In this document: positions 1 through 9,097 of the stretch, in pieces | Layout: every line of letters begins with the position of its first letter | How positions within the stretch are numbered: the first letter of the stretch is position 1 | Virus record (IMG/VR): IMGVR_UViG_3300035498_000371 | Coordinates: 174,844 to 238,843 of that record | Origin: a virus | Lineage: Duplodnaviria; Caudoviricetes | Length of the DNA stretch: 64,000 bases | Strand: one strand, 5' to 3' | Position numbers and translations under genes: made by a program | Notes under the pieces: model-generated | What the model saw: only the letters and a program-made list of their open reading frames with translations | Told to the model about the DNA's origin: nothing | The model's database searches: none

Positions 1-2
1 AA

Positions 3-176
3 GAGAATGTTTCAGCCCTCCAGAAAACTGTTAGTGATCTGAGTAACGACACTGCAACCAGTGATTCATTATCGAAGCTTACTGATAGGGTAAGTACTCT
101 TGAATCGTTCAAAAATGACTTAGGAAGCGCTCTTACCGTATCAAACGGTCAGCTCTGCGCTATCTATGCACAATAA
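3..176 (+). CDS. 3' end of a gene truncated by the window start, possibly tail-associated
   Basis: Open frame ENVSALQKTV...LCAIYAQ ends in TAA at 174-176, just before the AAGGAGG RBS of the DGR target gene. Confidence 0.55.
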   Translation, partial: ENVSALQKTVSDLSNDTATSDSLSKLTDRVSTLESFKNDLGSALTVSNGQLCAIYAQ

Positions 177-196
177 TTTAAAGGAGGAATAAAGAT

Positions 197-1072
197 ATGG
201 CTACAACAGTTACAAAACCTATCATCTTAGACGAAACTGGTAACAAGATCGTCGATGCTATGGGTAACATTGTTACGTCACTTAATGATCTTAAAAAGAT
301 CCAGCTGGCTAATAACGCTGGCGCTCACAATGGTCTTTACCGTGGTAAAGACTTATCAAACACTTACACCGATACAGAGATTTATGATATGATTTCTACA
401 GGAGATCTTTCTGACCTCTATGTAGGTGACTACTTCAAGAAATCTATCACTTCTACCATCGGTGGAACAGAAGATATCGATGTTCAGATCGCAGGATTCA
501 ACCCTTACTACAACGTTGGAGATACTGCATTGACTCGTAACCATGCAGCCGTTGTCACTAAAGACTGCGTTCAGACTTTGGCTCAGATGAATACCACAAA
601 CACAACTGTTGGAGGTTACGTTGCTACAGATATGTACAAGACTACATTACCTGCATACGCTAACGCTTTACAGCAGGCTATCGGATCTACACACATCATC
701 TCTCGTCGTGCTTTACTTACGACTGGTATTAATAATACAGATCAGTCTGCAGGAATTGGTACAGGGCGAAGCAATGCATGGTCTTGGTACGATGAATTAG
801 TAGGTATTATGACTGAAGCAGAAGTATACGGAGCACCTGTATTTAGTTCATCAGGATATGATACAGGAGAAGCTTGCATCCAGTTACCTCTCTTTGCGTT
901 GAATCCTTCGTCTAGGGTGGCAGGCAAAGGTAGAAATGGATCAAGACAGTGGTATTGGTTAAGAAGTATTGCTAATTCCACCTACTTCTGCCACGTCAAC
1001 TACTATGGCTATGCCATCTACGGCAACGCGTCCGATGCTGGCGGCGTTCGCCTCCGCTTCCTGATCGGTTAA
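197..1072 (+). CDS. DGR target protein, C-type-lectin-like fold, probable receptor-binding/tail protein
   Basis: C-terminus WYWLRS...GGVRLRFLI is typical of DGR CLec targets; 3' end contains a VR matching the TR at 2994-3081. Confidence 0.88.
   Translation: MATTVTKPIILDETGNKIVDAMGNIVTSLNDLKKIQLANNAGAHNGLYRGKDLSNTYTDTEIYDMISTGDLSDLYVGDYFKKSITSTIGGTEDIDVQIAGFNPYYNVGDTALTRNHAAVVTKDCVQTLAQMNTTNTTVGGYVATDMYKTTLPAYANALQQAIGSTHIISRRALLTTGINNTDQSAGIGTGRSNAWSWYDELVGIMTEAEVYGAPVFSSSGYDTGEACIQLPLFALNPSSRVAGKGRNGSRQWYWLRSIANSTYFCHVNYYGYAIYGNASDAGGVRLRFLIG
974..1061 (+). repeat. DGR variable repeat (VR) with GC-rich IMH-like end
   Basis: 88-bp ungapped match to 2994-3081 with 12 mismatches (983, 992, 1001, 1004, 1010, 1017, 1022, 1023, 1034, 1040, 1041, 1057), each opposite an A in TR. 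Confidence 0.95.
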
Positions 1073-1074
1073 TC

Positions 1075-1228
1075 GATGGGCCGTAGCCCCCTCGTGGGGC
1101 GTGGCCATCACTTAATGGATAAGGAAGGTCTAGCGGAAGGATAAAAGCCGTAGGCTTATTTTCGCGCGAAGCGCCCGAAAAAATTTTAGGCCTTCCTAGA
1201 TGAACCATTTTCGGTAAGTTTAGGAAGG
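1075..1228 (+). other. Hairpin/cruciform cluster downstream of VR (candidate DGR target-recognition elements and terminator)
   Basis: GCCCC-ctcgt-GGGGC (1086-1100) inside a longer GATGG..CCATC stem; AAGCC-gta-GGCTT (1145-1157); GCGC-gaa-GCGC (1164-1174); CCTTCCTA..TAGGAAGG (1191-1228). Confidence 0.65.
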
Positions 1229-2100
1229 CTTATTTTATCATTTTCGAATTTATAGACGCACTATGACCGAGTGATGTGGTTGCTAATTAAAACGTTGATA
1301 TCGTGGAATTATTGTTGGATTTTTATTTTTGGTTATCATTTTATTTCTTTTTCATGACGATATATTTGTATGATTATTTTATCTTTATATGAATTCGTAT
1401 ACTGATAGATGATTCTATATAAATCGTATAAATAATGAATGATTGTATAATAACTAATCTTACATGATATAGAATATATTTGATAACTATCTTATATCTT
1501 ATTTTAAAATAATGAATGATGGTATTTGAATATTAAACGAAGAGTATCTTAGTTCTATATACGAAAATATAAGTGGTTAGATTTAAATATAGAATTAATT
1601 TTATTTTTTCATTTAATATCACACATTGTGCGGTATGTAAACTATTATTCATCTATCATGTAATTAATGCATTTTAAGCATTAAAATAAATCTTATAAAG
1701 ACTAAATAAGAGATTATTTAGCGATGGATATGGTATCACAATTGATACTAATTAAATCCTATATTGTGATAAATATAATTCATTCAAACTAACTCTCTGA
1801 ACAGATTTAAACTTTCTTTCTAACCTTGGTTACATTTCATAGAAATAAAATTTATTTGAAAACTGAATAGAGAAAAATGTAACTAAAAGAAATGAAAAAT
1901 ACTAGCAGGGATAAAGTAAAAGAATATTTAATATGCTACTTGTGATTTATTAATCATATTATAAAACGCTGTTGGATAATGTAATAGATCTTAATACTAA
2001 TGGGCTTATGGATTGTTCTACTGGTCTTATAAATCACATTCAAGAAATAATAACTCTGGTGTAGATTAGATAAAGATAATGGGTATAATAATAACCGAAA

Positions 2101-2112
2101 TACATTATGGTA
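2101..2112 (+). promoter_or_regulatory. ACA-N6-TA late-type phage promoter upstream of avd
   Basis: TACA-TTATGG-TA; the same motif precedes at least 16 other transcription units in the window. Confidence 0.6.
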
Positions 2113-2139
2113 AATTTATATGTATGGAGGCGATGAAAT

Positions 2140-2868
2140 ATGTCTGTTATTAAGAGAAAGAGAACTAAATCTAATTTACAAGCGCTGTATGATGCACAAA
2201 AAATGAGGACTAGCGTTAGCAGATTGATGCTAAAAGACTTCGGTGCGAAACCTAAAGTGAGAACCGTTGAGGATATTGCTAAGAATTATAAAATGAGTTC
2301 AAGAGATGCCGAAAAATATTTAGAGTTGACGAAGAAATATGGAATTACCACGACGTTGGAAGAGTTTCCATATTGGTTCGTCGATGATCTACGGAGATCG
2401 GTGTCGACATGTATGAGGGAGATGGCTGAGCATATTACGATTGCTAATAGTATTTACCCAAATAGCATCTATGAATGCGATTTAAGAAGACAACATCAAG
2501 ACATTGCCATCGGGCAATGCGAATTTTTATTACAAGAGTTGCAATATATAATGAGCGTAATACCATTGAACGTAAATAAATTGATGCCGTATGTGGAAAT
2601 GGTTGAAAAAGAGATTGCTTTGCTTAAAGCATGGAGAAAATCCGACAATTCCACCAGGACAAGAATCATCAATAATGAAATCGAAAAGTATTCGCAGGCT
2701 CCACAACTGTTATATCCATATTTGCAATACTCTAATAATTATATTGGCCAATTTAAACAACCATTGCAATCATATCCTACAATGGTAGAGCAGCCCATAA
2801 TGGAAAAGCGTATCATGTGCGTCATAGTTCCAAAGAAATCGCCTTATAAATCTTGTAGTTCTCATTAG
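2140..2868 (+). CDS. avd: DGR accessory variability determinant (Avd) with long C-terminal extension
   Basis: Lies directly before TR; helical-bundle motifs ITIANSIYP..RRQHQDIAIG..EIALLKAWRKSD. Confidence 0.85.
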   Translation: MSVIKRKRTKSNLQALYDAQKMRTSVSRLMLKDFGAKPKVRTVEDIAKNYKMSSRDAEKYLELTKKYGITTTLEEFPYWFVDDLRRSVSTCMREMAEHITIANSIYPNSIYECDLRRQHQDIAIGQCEFLLQELQYIMSVIPLNVNKLMPYVEMVEKEIALLKAWRKSDNSTRTRIINNEIEKYSQAPQLLYPYLQYSNNYIGQFKQPLQSYPTMVEQPIMEKRIMCVIVPKKSPYKSCSSH

Positions 2869-2993
2869 AGAGCGAATGTTGTTATTGTTGTAAGTACTAC
2901 TGCGCGTATGCAGATTGGTATGAATTCGAACATTACTGTGATGGATTTACTAGCTCCACTTCCATCGTTGTTACAGGGATTCAACTTGTTAAA

Positions 2994-3081
2994 AATTCCA
3001 CCAACTTCTGCAACGTCAACAACAATGGCAATGCCAACTACAACAACGCGTCCAATGCTAACGGCGTTCGCCTCCGATTCC
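2994..3081 (+). ncRNA. DGR template repeat (TR)
   Basis: AAC/AAT-rich copy of VR (12 AAY codons in the VR frame) lying between avd and RT. Confidence 0.95.
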
Positions 3082-3283
3082 ATTTTGCGGTACTACGAGT
3101 AGAAGTCTCTGAATGGAGCTTCGATACCGTAACTCGGAAGGAAGTTGAGTCCTGTCCGCAAGGCGAATTTATAATATGATGCTATTTTGATACGTCACAG
3201 TGGCTATTACATATTAGCGGGAGTGGTCACTAGATCACTCCGCATATCTTATGCACTGCTATACGAATGGAGGGTAATTATGA

Positions 3284-4429
3284 TTGATAGAACTGATAAC
3301 AGACGCTAACCATTTGCATGAATCCTTCTTGAAATGCAAGCAGGGTACTGACTGGAAGGAGTCTGTACAACGGGCTAGCCTGAATGAATTGAAAAATATT
3401 TATCATAAACAGAAAAGCCTGCAAGAACATGCTTATAGTCAGATGCCTTTCTATGAGTTTAATATAATGGAACGTGGTAAAGAGCGTCATATAAGATCGC
3501 TTCATATTACTGACCGTATGGTTCAGAGATGTGTATGCGATTTTATACTATTACCAGAACTATCAAAATATCTTATTTATGATAACGGAGCATCTCTCCG
3601 TGATAAAGGAATTGGATTTACAAGAGATAGATTGCACCAGCATCTATGGAATTATTACTGCAATTATGGCCCTGAAGGATATATTCTATTGATCGATTTT
3701 CGTAAGTTCTTCGATAATATCGATCATGAGCTTCTATTAGAAGCAATAAAGAAAAAGATCAAAGATCCAGAAGTGATTGAACTAATCACTTATCTGGTAA
3801 GTACTTTTGCTATAGATGTATCTTACTTGTCTGAAGAGCAGTATGAAGAGTTCAAGAGTGAAATATTTGACTCGATGTCTTATGAGCCATATCATGAAAG
3901 AACTGGAGAGAAGTTGTTGTATAAATCCCTTGGAATGGGTAGTCAGATATCTCAAATTTCTGGTATTTATTATCCAACTCCTATAGATAATTACTGTAAA
4001 ATTGTTCAGGGTTGCAAGTATTATGGAAGATATATGGATGATACTTATATCATTCATCATGATAAAGAATATTTAGTTTGGTTATTGGAACAGATTAAGT
4101 CTATCTGTTGGGATTTAAGGATTTATATAAATCTTAATAAAACACAAATCCAAAAATTGGATCATTTCACCTATCTTAAAGTGAAGTATACTATGACCGA
4201 TACCGGTAAAGTTATTAAGAGAGTAGCGAGCGACTCTGTTACAAGAGAGCGTCAGAAACTTAAGACTTTTAGAAATCTTTTATTAGATGGATATATGACG
4301 ATTGATGAAATCATTAATCAATATAAGTCTTGGAGAGGTGGAATATTACATCTTGATTCATATAGAACCATTCAGAATATGGACGCCATATTTCTGGAAT
4401 TATTCGGTATAAACATCGAACATGTTTAG
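3284..4429 (+). CDS. DGR reverse transcriptase
   Basis: GKERHIR, DRMVQR, LLIDFRKFFDNIDH, GMGSQISQ and catalytic YGRYMDD motifs. Confidence 0.95.
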   Translation: MIELITDANHLHESFLKCKQGTDWKESVQRASLNELKNIYHKQKSLQEHAYSQMPFYEFNIMERGKERHIRSLHITDRMVQRCVCDFILLPELSKYLIYDNGASLRDKGIGFTRDRLHQHLWNYYCNYGPEGYILLIDFRKFFDNIDHELLLEAIKKKIKDPEVIELITYLVSTFAIDVSYLSEEQYEEFKSEIFDSMSYEPYHERTGEKLLYKSLGMGSQISQISGIYYPTPIDNYCKIVQGCKYYGRYMDDTYIIHHDKEYLVWLLEQIKSICWDLRIYINLNKTQIQKLDHFTYLKVKYTMTDTGKVIKRVASDSVTRERQKLKTFRNLLLDGYMTIDEIINQYKSWRGGILHLDSYRTIQNMDAIFLELFGINIEHV

Positions 4430-4456
4430 TAAATACTTTAAAGGAGGTAATTAACA

Positions 4457-4768
4457 ATGGATAAGAAAATTACTTATACTATTGCATTTGCTGATGGAGC
4501 ATCATTCGGTCCCGCCGAGCTTAACGGCAACAACTATGTTGTTTCTGGCGATGTAAGCGATGCTGTAAACGCAGCAAGTAAAAAATCTGTAACTGTAGAC
4601 GGCAGTGATGGATCACATGTAGAGTTCAAGAATGCTACTGTAAACGCAAACGTAGTTGGCGGCGATACATATCTCTTTATCGAAGAGGAATCTGAGTCTA
4701 AGAGATATGAAGACTCCGTAGAGGCTCGTTTAACGTATCTTGAAATGATGATTGGAGGTACAGAATAA
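4457..4768 (+). CDS. Hypothetical protein, tail-fibre-associated context
   Basis: RBS AAGGAGG; overlaps the start of the XkdX-like gene. Confidence 0.6.
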   Translation: MDKKITYTIAFADGASFGPAELNGNNYVVSGDVSDAVNAASKKSVTVDGSDGSHVEFKNATVNANVVGGDTYLFIEEESESKRYEDSVEARLTYLEMMIGGTE

Positions 4769-4905
4769 TGAGTAAATTCGAGAAAGTACAGTATTTCTAT
4801 GATAGAGAACTGTGGACAATCAGTCAGGTTAAAGATGCTGTTGCTAAGGGATGGATTACAGCAGCTCAGTACAAAACAATCACTGGAGAGAAATACGAGG
4901 CATAG
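4768..4905 (+). CDS. XkdX-family small phage protein (45 aa, not in the ORF track)
   Basis: MSKFEKVQYFYDRELWTISQVKDAVAKGWITAAQYKTITGEKYEA; Y..W....V..AV..G.IT..QY..ITG pattern. Confidence 0.8.
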   Translation: MSKFEKVQYFYDRELWTISQVKDAVAKGWITAAQYKTITGEKYEA

Positions 4906-4944
4906 TTCTCATATTGCAGTGAAATAATTAAAATGCGATGAATG

Positions 4945-4978
4945 CGGGAGTGCTTAATTGCACTCCCGTGTTTATTTT
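4945..4978 (+). terminator. Intrinsic terminator
   Basis: CGGGAGTGC-ttaatt-GCACTCCCG followed by a T-rich tail. Confidence 0.75.
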
Positions 4979-5035
4979 GTAAAATAAATAGATTAAGACT
5001 TTTTAATAAATAATATAGTTAGGAGGTCTTATTTT

Positions 5036-5923
5036 ATGATTACTTGTACTGAAAGCGGTAAAGGTTTTACTAAAGGTGATATGTATCTTAAAAGTACTAT
5101 CGAACGTATTCTTACAGAAGGATGTCTTGATGAGAATCCAAGACCTAAATACAAAGATGGAGTTCCGGCTCATACATTATCGGTTAACCATGAGATGCAG
5201 ACTTATGATCTTGCTAATGGAGAATCTGGGTTTACTACACTAAGACCGGTATCTTTAAAGAGTGCTATTGGGGAGATCTTATGGATCTATCAGGATCAGT
5301 CTAATGATCTTGATTTACTTAAAGATAAGTATGGAATTACATGGTGGGATGAATGGGATATTGGAAATCGCACCATTGGTTCATGCTATGGTGAAACTAT
5401 AAGAAGACATGACCTCATGAATAATCTTCTTGAAGGAATCAAGAATGATCCAGATGGGCGTAGACACATTATCACAATGTGGCAGGTTGATGATTTCAAA
5501 GATAAGCATGGATTAAAACCTTGCTGCTATCAGACAGTATGGAATGTACGTCATGGTAAAGATGGAGTTACATACTTAGATATGTGCATGTTCCAGAGAT
5601 CATCTGATTTTCTTGTATCTGGAACTATCAATTGTTTACAGTATACAGCATTATTGTATATGGTTGCTGGACATTTTGGTTATACTCCAGGAAGGTTTAC
5701 TTGGTATAACGCCAATGTACAGATTTACGATCGTCACCAGGAACAGGCTAATATCTTATTAGAAAGAGAGCCGATTATATTTGATACTGGTAAACATCCT
5801 CATTTTGAGGTTGAACCTAAGAATTTCTACGACTATACTGTAGATGATATCAAAATCATTGGTTATCCAATGAAAGAAGTTAAAGAAAAGAATCCTCAGC
5901 TTAAATTTGATCTTGGTATTTAA
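5036..5923 (+). CDS. thyA: Thymidylate synthase
   Basis: EILW, WDEW, RRHI, catalytic LKPCC, QRSSD, dUMP-specifying Asn in TINCLQY, QIYDRH. Confidence 0.95.
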   Translation: MITCTESGKGFTKGDMYLKSTIERILTEGCLDENPRPKYKDGVPAHTLSVNHEMQTYDLANGESGFTTLRPVSLKSAIGEILWIYQDQSNDLDLLKDKYGITWWDEWDIGNRTIGSCYGETIRRHDLMNNLLEGIKNDPDGRRHIITMWQVDDFKDKHGLKPCCYQTVWNVRHGKDGVTYLDMCMFQRSSDFLVSGTINCLQYTALLYMVAGHFGYTPGRFTWYNANVQIYDRHQEQANILLEREPIIFDTGKHPHFEVEPKNFYDYTVDDIKIIGYPMKEVKEKNPQLKFDLGI

Positions 5924-5930
5924 TCATCAA

Positions 5931-5965
5931 AAGAGGGTTACAATTCAGTAACCCTCTTCTTTAAT
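5931..5965 (+). terminator. Intrinsic terminator
   Basis: AAGAGGGTTAC-aattca-GTAACCCTCTT then a T-rich run. Confidence 0.7.
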
Positions 5966-5982
5966 TTGAAAGGAGAGTATTT

Positions 5983-6948
5983 ATGGGCTTATTTAATATT
6001 CTTAAAGATAAACTTAGAGTTACAAATGAAAATAACGTCATAGAAGACGATACAAAGCTATATACACAAGTAATTTATAATACGTTCAATAATTTTGTTG
6101 TATTAATATCTTATTCTAGCGATTATGCTACTCAGGTAGTAGAATTTCTTGATGCTTGTAATACAGCAGGATTGAAATTTATTACAATGCAATCTTCTTA
6201 TGAATCAGACAGAGATGAAGAAGATAATGAAGAAGAACAGAAAGAAGAAGAGTTTGCTATCCGTCCAGAGAAAATACAACATCAGAGGCAATATATAGTT
6301 CTTTCTGGAAATATTCATACTTACTCTGGAATCTATAGTTGCATTGATGCTCTTTCTAATGATATTCTTCTTGCAGTTCAGGATGATATTTATAATAACT
6401 GCAGTTCTACATATTTCAATGAGCATATCAAGAATGGAGTATTGAACTTCAATGAGTTTAAGTATAGAAAGATTGCTCCTCAATATGATAAAGAAATCTC
6501 TTTAGAGACAACGTATTATAAAGAGACTTTATTGTTTAATAATCCTAGAGCAATTATGTCTAAATTACCATCTGGATTTATGGAGAAGGACATTCTTCAG
6601 ATTATCAGAATTCATAAACTAAACGATGATTATGGATTCTCAATGCTTAAACTGCTAAAAGATCAATACGATTCCAATAAATGCGACGATCATTTCATAA
6701 AAGATTTCTCAGATGTATACTCTATGGTAATTGGAGATATAACAGAGGAAAAGATTCATAGGCTTTTATTTATGCCTAAATACACACTTCAGGATGATGA
6801 TATATTTATCGGTGATGTAGATGATGAAAGATTAGATGATATCTTCAGGCAGCATTATGATAAATTTACTGGAGTGACTGACGATTCATTAAACTATATG
6901 GATATAGATGAGATCTTAAAGGAGGGAGAGGAAAATGGCAACGGATAA
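5983..6948 (+). CDS. Hypothetical protein
   Basis: 321-aa ORF with RBS; no motif recognised. Confidence 0.6.
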   Translation: MGLFNILKDKLRVTNENNVIEDDTKLYTQVIYNTFNNFVVLISYSSDYATQVVEFLDACNTAGLKFITMQSSYESDRDEEDNEEEQKEEEFAIRPEKIQHQRQYIVLSGNIHTYSGIYSCIDALSNDILLAVQDDIYNNCSSTYFNEHIKNGVLNFNEFKYRKIAPQYDKEISLETTYYKETLLFNNPRAIMSKLPSGFMEKDILQIIRIHKLNDDYGFSMLKLLKDQYDSNKCDDHFIKDFSDVYSMVIGDITEEKIHRLLFMPKYTLQDDDIFIGDVDDERLDDIFRQHYDKFTGVTDDSLNYMDIDEILKEGEENGNG

Positions 6949-7549
6949 TATAGATATAGATGATGTATGTAGTAAATTCGACTCGTATTTCGTTGCAGAA
7001 AAACAGAATCAGATTGATAAAAGATATAGGGCATCTTCTGATATAATATTCTCTGATGGTAAATTTGATCATCATATTAATTCTGAAGGATATATTGTGA
7101 TAGAGAATGTAAGAGATGCTAATTATCTTATATTTACCGATCAAACCGGAGATGTAAGATTAATTATATACCAGAATACGCCGTCATTTAAGTTTAAAGA
7201 TATTATTGACAGATGTAATCAAATTAGAGAAACCACTGGGGAAATTAAATCTGAAGATAAGAATGATAATTCTGATATAAAGATATCTGAAAGGCTCATA
7301 GATATCAACACGTTTGTATGCCCAACGTGCAATGGTAAAATGACTTTAATTAAGCCTAAAAGTACCAGTGAAACTATAGTTGCATATTGCAAGAAATGTA
7401 ATATAGAATATGTATTAGTCCCGTCAAAGTATTACGTTATAAAAGCCCAAAAACAGTTCTATAATTCCACCAATGAAAGACATACTATGGTGGAAAATAT
7501 CATATCAAAGAAAGGAAGTAATAAAAATGAGCGAAGTAATAAGAATTAA
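6935..7549 (+). CDS. Hypothetical zinc-ribbon protein
   Basis: CPTC...CKKC. Confidence 0.6.
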   Translation: MATDNIDIDDVCSKFDSYFVAEKQNQIDKRYRASSDIIFSDGKFDHHINSEGYIVIENVRDANYLIFTDQTGDVRLIIYQNTPSFKFKDIIDRCNQIRETTGEIKSEDKNDNSDIKISERLIDINTFVCPTCNGKMTLIKPKSTSETIVAYCKKCNIEYVLVPSKYYVIKAQKQFYNSTNERHTMVENIISKKGSNKNERSNKN

Positions 7550-7988
7550 GTATTTTGGAGATCAGGAACCAATCGAGAAAATTCCTAATGGAGATTGGAT
7601 TGATCTTCGTGCGGCAGAAGACGTTGCAATTCCTGAGAAGGAGTTTAAATTAATCCCTCTTGGAGTGGCAATGCAGTTACCTGTTGGGTATGAGGCGCAT
7701 ATCGCACCTAGAAGTTCTACGTTTAAGAAATGGGGAATCATTCAGACTAACTCTGTAGGAGTAGTCGATGAATCATACTGTGGGGATAATGATCAGTGGT
7801 TTATGCCAGCTTTCTGTTTGCGTGGGGATTATGTAAACGATAACGGAGAACACTTCTCTTGCATCCATAAAGGCGATAGAATTTGCCAGTTCAGAATTGT
7901 TAAGAAACAGCCTGAAGTAGAATTCGAAACTGTTAACGTACTCGGTAATGAGGATCGTGGAGGTATTGGCTCTACAGGAACCAACTAG
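7527..7988 (+). CDS. dut: Trimeric dUTPase
   Basis: [29 protein letters not shown] motifs; start moved to the ATG at 7527 after the RBS. Confidence 0.93.
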   Translation: MSEVIRIKYFGDQEPIEKIPNGDWIDLRAAEDVAIPEKEFKLIPLGVAMQLPVGYEAHIAPRSSTFKKWGIIQTNSVGVVDESYCGDNDQWFMPAFCLRGDYVNDNGEHFSCIHKGDRICQFRIVKKQPEVEFETVNVLGNEDRGGIGSTGTN

Positions 7989-8000
7989 GAGGGTACAGAT

Positions 8001-8108
8001 ATGTCATTTTTGAAATTCTATTTCATATTTATGATCATACAATGCATATTAAACTCAATAGCAAATTTAATAGATGAGGAGGAGAAGCACAATGATAATA
8101 AAGCCTAA
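8001..8108 (+). CDS. Small hydrophobic peptide (35 aa)
   Basis: AGGAGG RBS, MSFLKFYFIFMIIQCILNS..., overlaps the start of the next gene. Confidence 0.35.
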   Translation: MSFLKFYFIFMIIQCILNSIANLIDEEEKHNDNKA

Positions 8109-9048
8109 GAAGAATGGAGTATTCTATTCATTTAAAAATGATGAGGCTGCTGATAATGCTATTAATGTAATTATCTTAGCATCTCTTCATGGAGATGAAG
8201 TTGTAGCATCATTGATTGCTCATAATATTATAAACTTCTTCTCATTCTCTAATATGCCTAGAACTATCAGGAATATTATAGTTTATCCGTTCGTTAATGT
8301 TGCTGGTATAAGAAATCATACTAGGGAATCATATGCCCCAACAGCAAATCTTAACGATGCTTGGCAGACTGTAGATTATAGAAATGCGATTAAAACTTTA
8401 ATCGATGGGATGTGTGGAGAAGGAGGAACAACTCCAACTATTGTGATTGATATCCACAATTCTCCTAATATATTTCCATGCATTGTAATGGAATCTACAG
8501 ATCCCAATAATGATAAGATTGAAAATCTTATGAAGAAATACAATGAGCAATGCGCTATACCTAACGGAATAGCAATGTGTAAACGGCATACTGATATAGA
8601 AACAGTTAAATCATACGTTAACAACTCATACCCAGATAATGCATTTGGTATAACATTCGAATGCTCTGGTATGAAATTGGTAAACGATAATTATATTTTA
8701 TTCTGTAGCGACAAGATTACAAGTTTTATAAGATTCGTATCAGAGAATTTCAATAAGTATATTGATGGACCTGATAAGGATTTTGTTTCTATGGATTTAG
8801 CAATTAATCTTGTTGCACCATCAAGCGGCGTTATTGAATATTCTCCTTTCAAAGATCCTCAGGCTGTTGTTGCTGGTAATGAATATCATAATGGAGAAAC
8901 TATAGCAACTATAATAGACTTAAGAAATTACGTTCCTGTAGGTGTAGTTACAGCACCATCTGATGGAAGACTGATATGCATGAACGATAATGTTTATGTA
9001 TCTGGAGGAGAATGCTTCGGCATGTTTCAACCAACGATTATAGATTAG
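8092..9048 (+). CDS. M14-like zinc hydrolase (succinylglutamate desuccinylase/aspartoacylase family)
   Basis: HGDE, NLN, IDIHN and FE motifs; C-terminal barrel-sandwich-like APSSG...APSDG. Confidence 0.75.
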   Translation: MIIKPKKNGVFYSFKNDEAADNAINVIILASLHGDEVVASLIAHNIINFFSFSNMPRTIRNIIVYPFVNVAGIRNHTRESYAPTANLNDAWQTVDYRNAIKTLIDGMCGEGGTTPTIVIDIHNSPNIFPCIVMESTDPNNDKIENLMKKYNEQCAIPNGIAMCKRHTDIETVKSYVNNSYPDNAFGITFECSGMKLVNDNYILFCSDKITSFIRFVSENFNKYIDGPDKDFVSMDLAINLVAPSSGVIEYSPFKDPQAVVAGNEYHNGETIATIIDLRNYVPVGVVTAPSDGRLICMNDNVYVSGGECFGMFQPTIID

Positions 9049-9097
9049 GTATTTGATCACTTCCGGCAACATTTAGGTAATCAAGGAGGTGATCTAG

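Larger units (their letters stand above)
197..4429 (+). mobile_element. Diversity-generating retroelement (target/VR - avd - TR - RT)
   Basis: All four core components are present; VR and TR differ only at TR adenines. Confidence 0.95.

Noticed and set aside
969-973. Possible 5' extension of VR/TR (TTGCT vs TTAAA)
   Set aside because: Compatible with A-specific changes, but similarity collapses upstream, so it was not counted
2865-3102. ORFs 2908-3102 (+) and 2865-3083 (-) over the TR
   Set aside because: They are by-products of the stop-poor AAC-rich template repeat, which acts as RNA
5036-5923. ThyA homolog as a base-modifying enzyme (e.g. dCMP hydroxymethylase)
   Set aside because: It keeps the dUMP-specifying Asn and is accompanied by DHFR and dUTPase, as expected for ordinary dTMP synthesis
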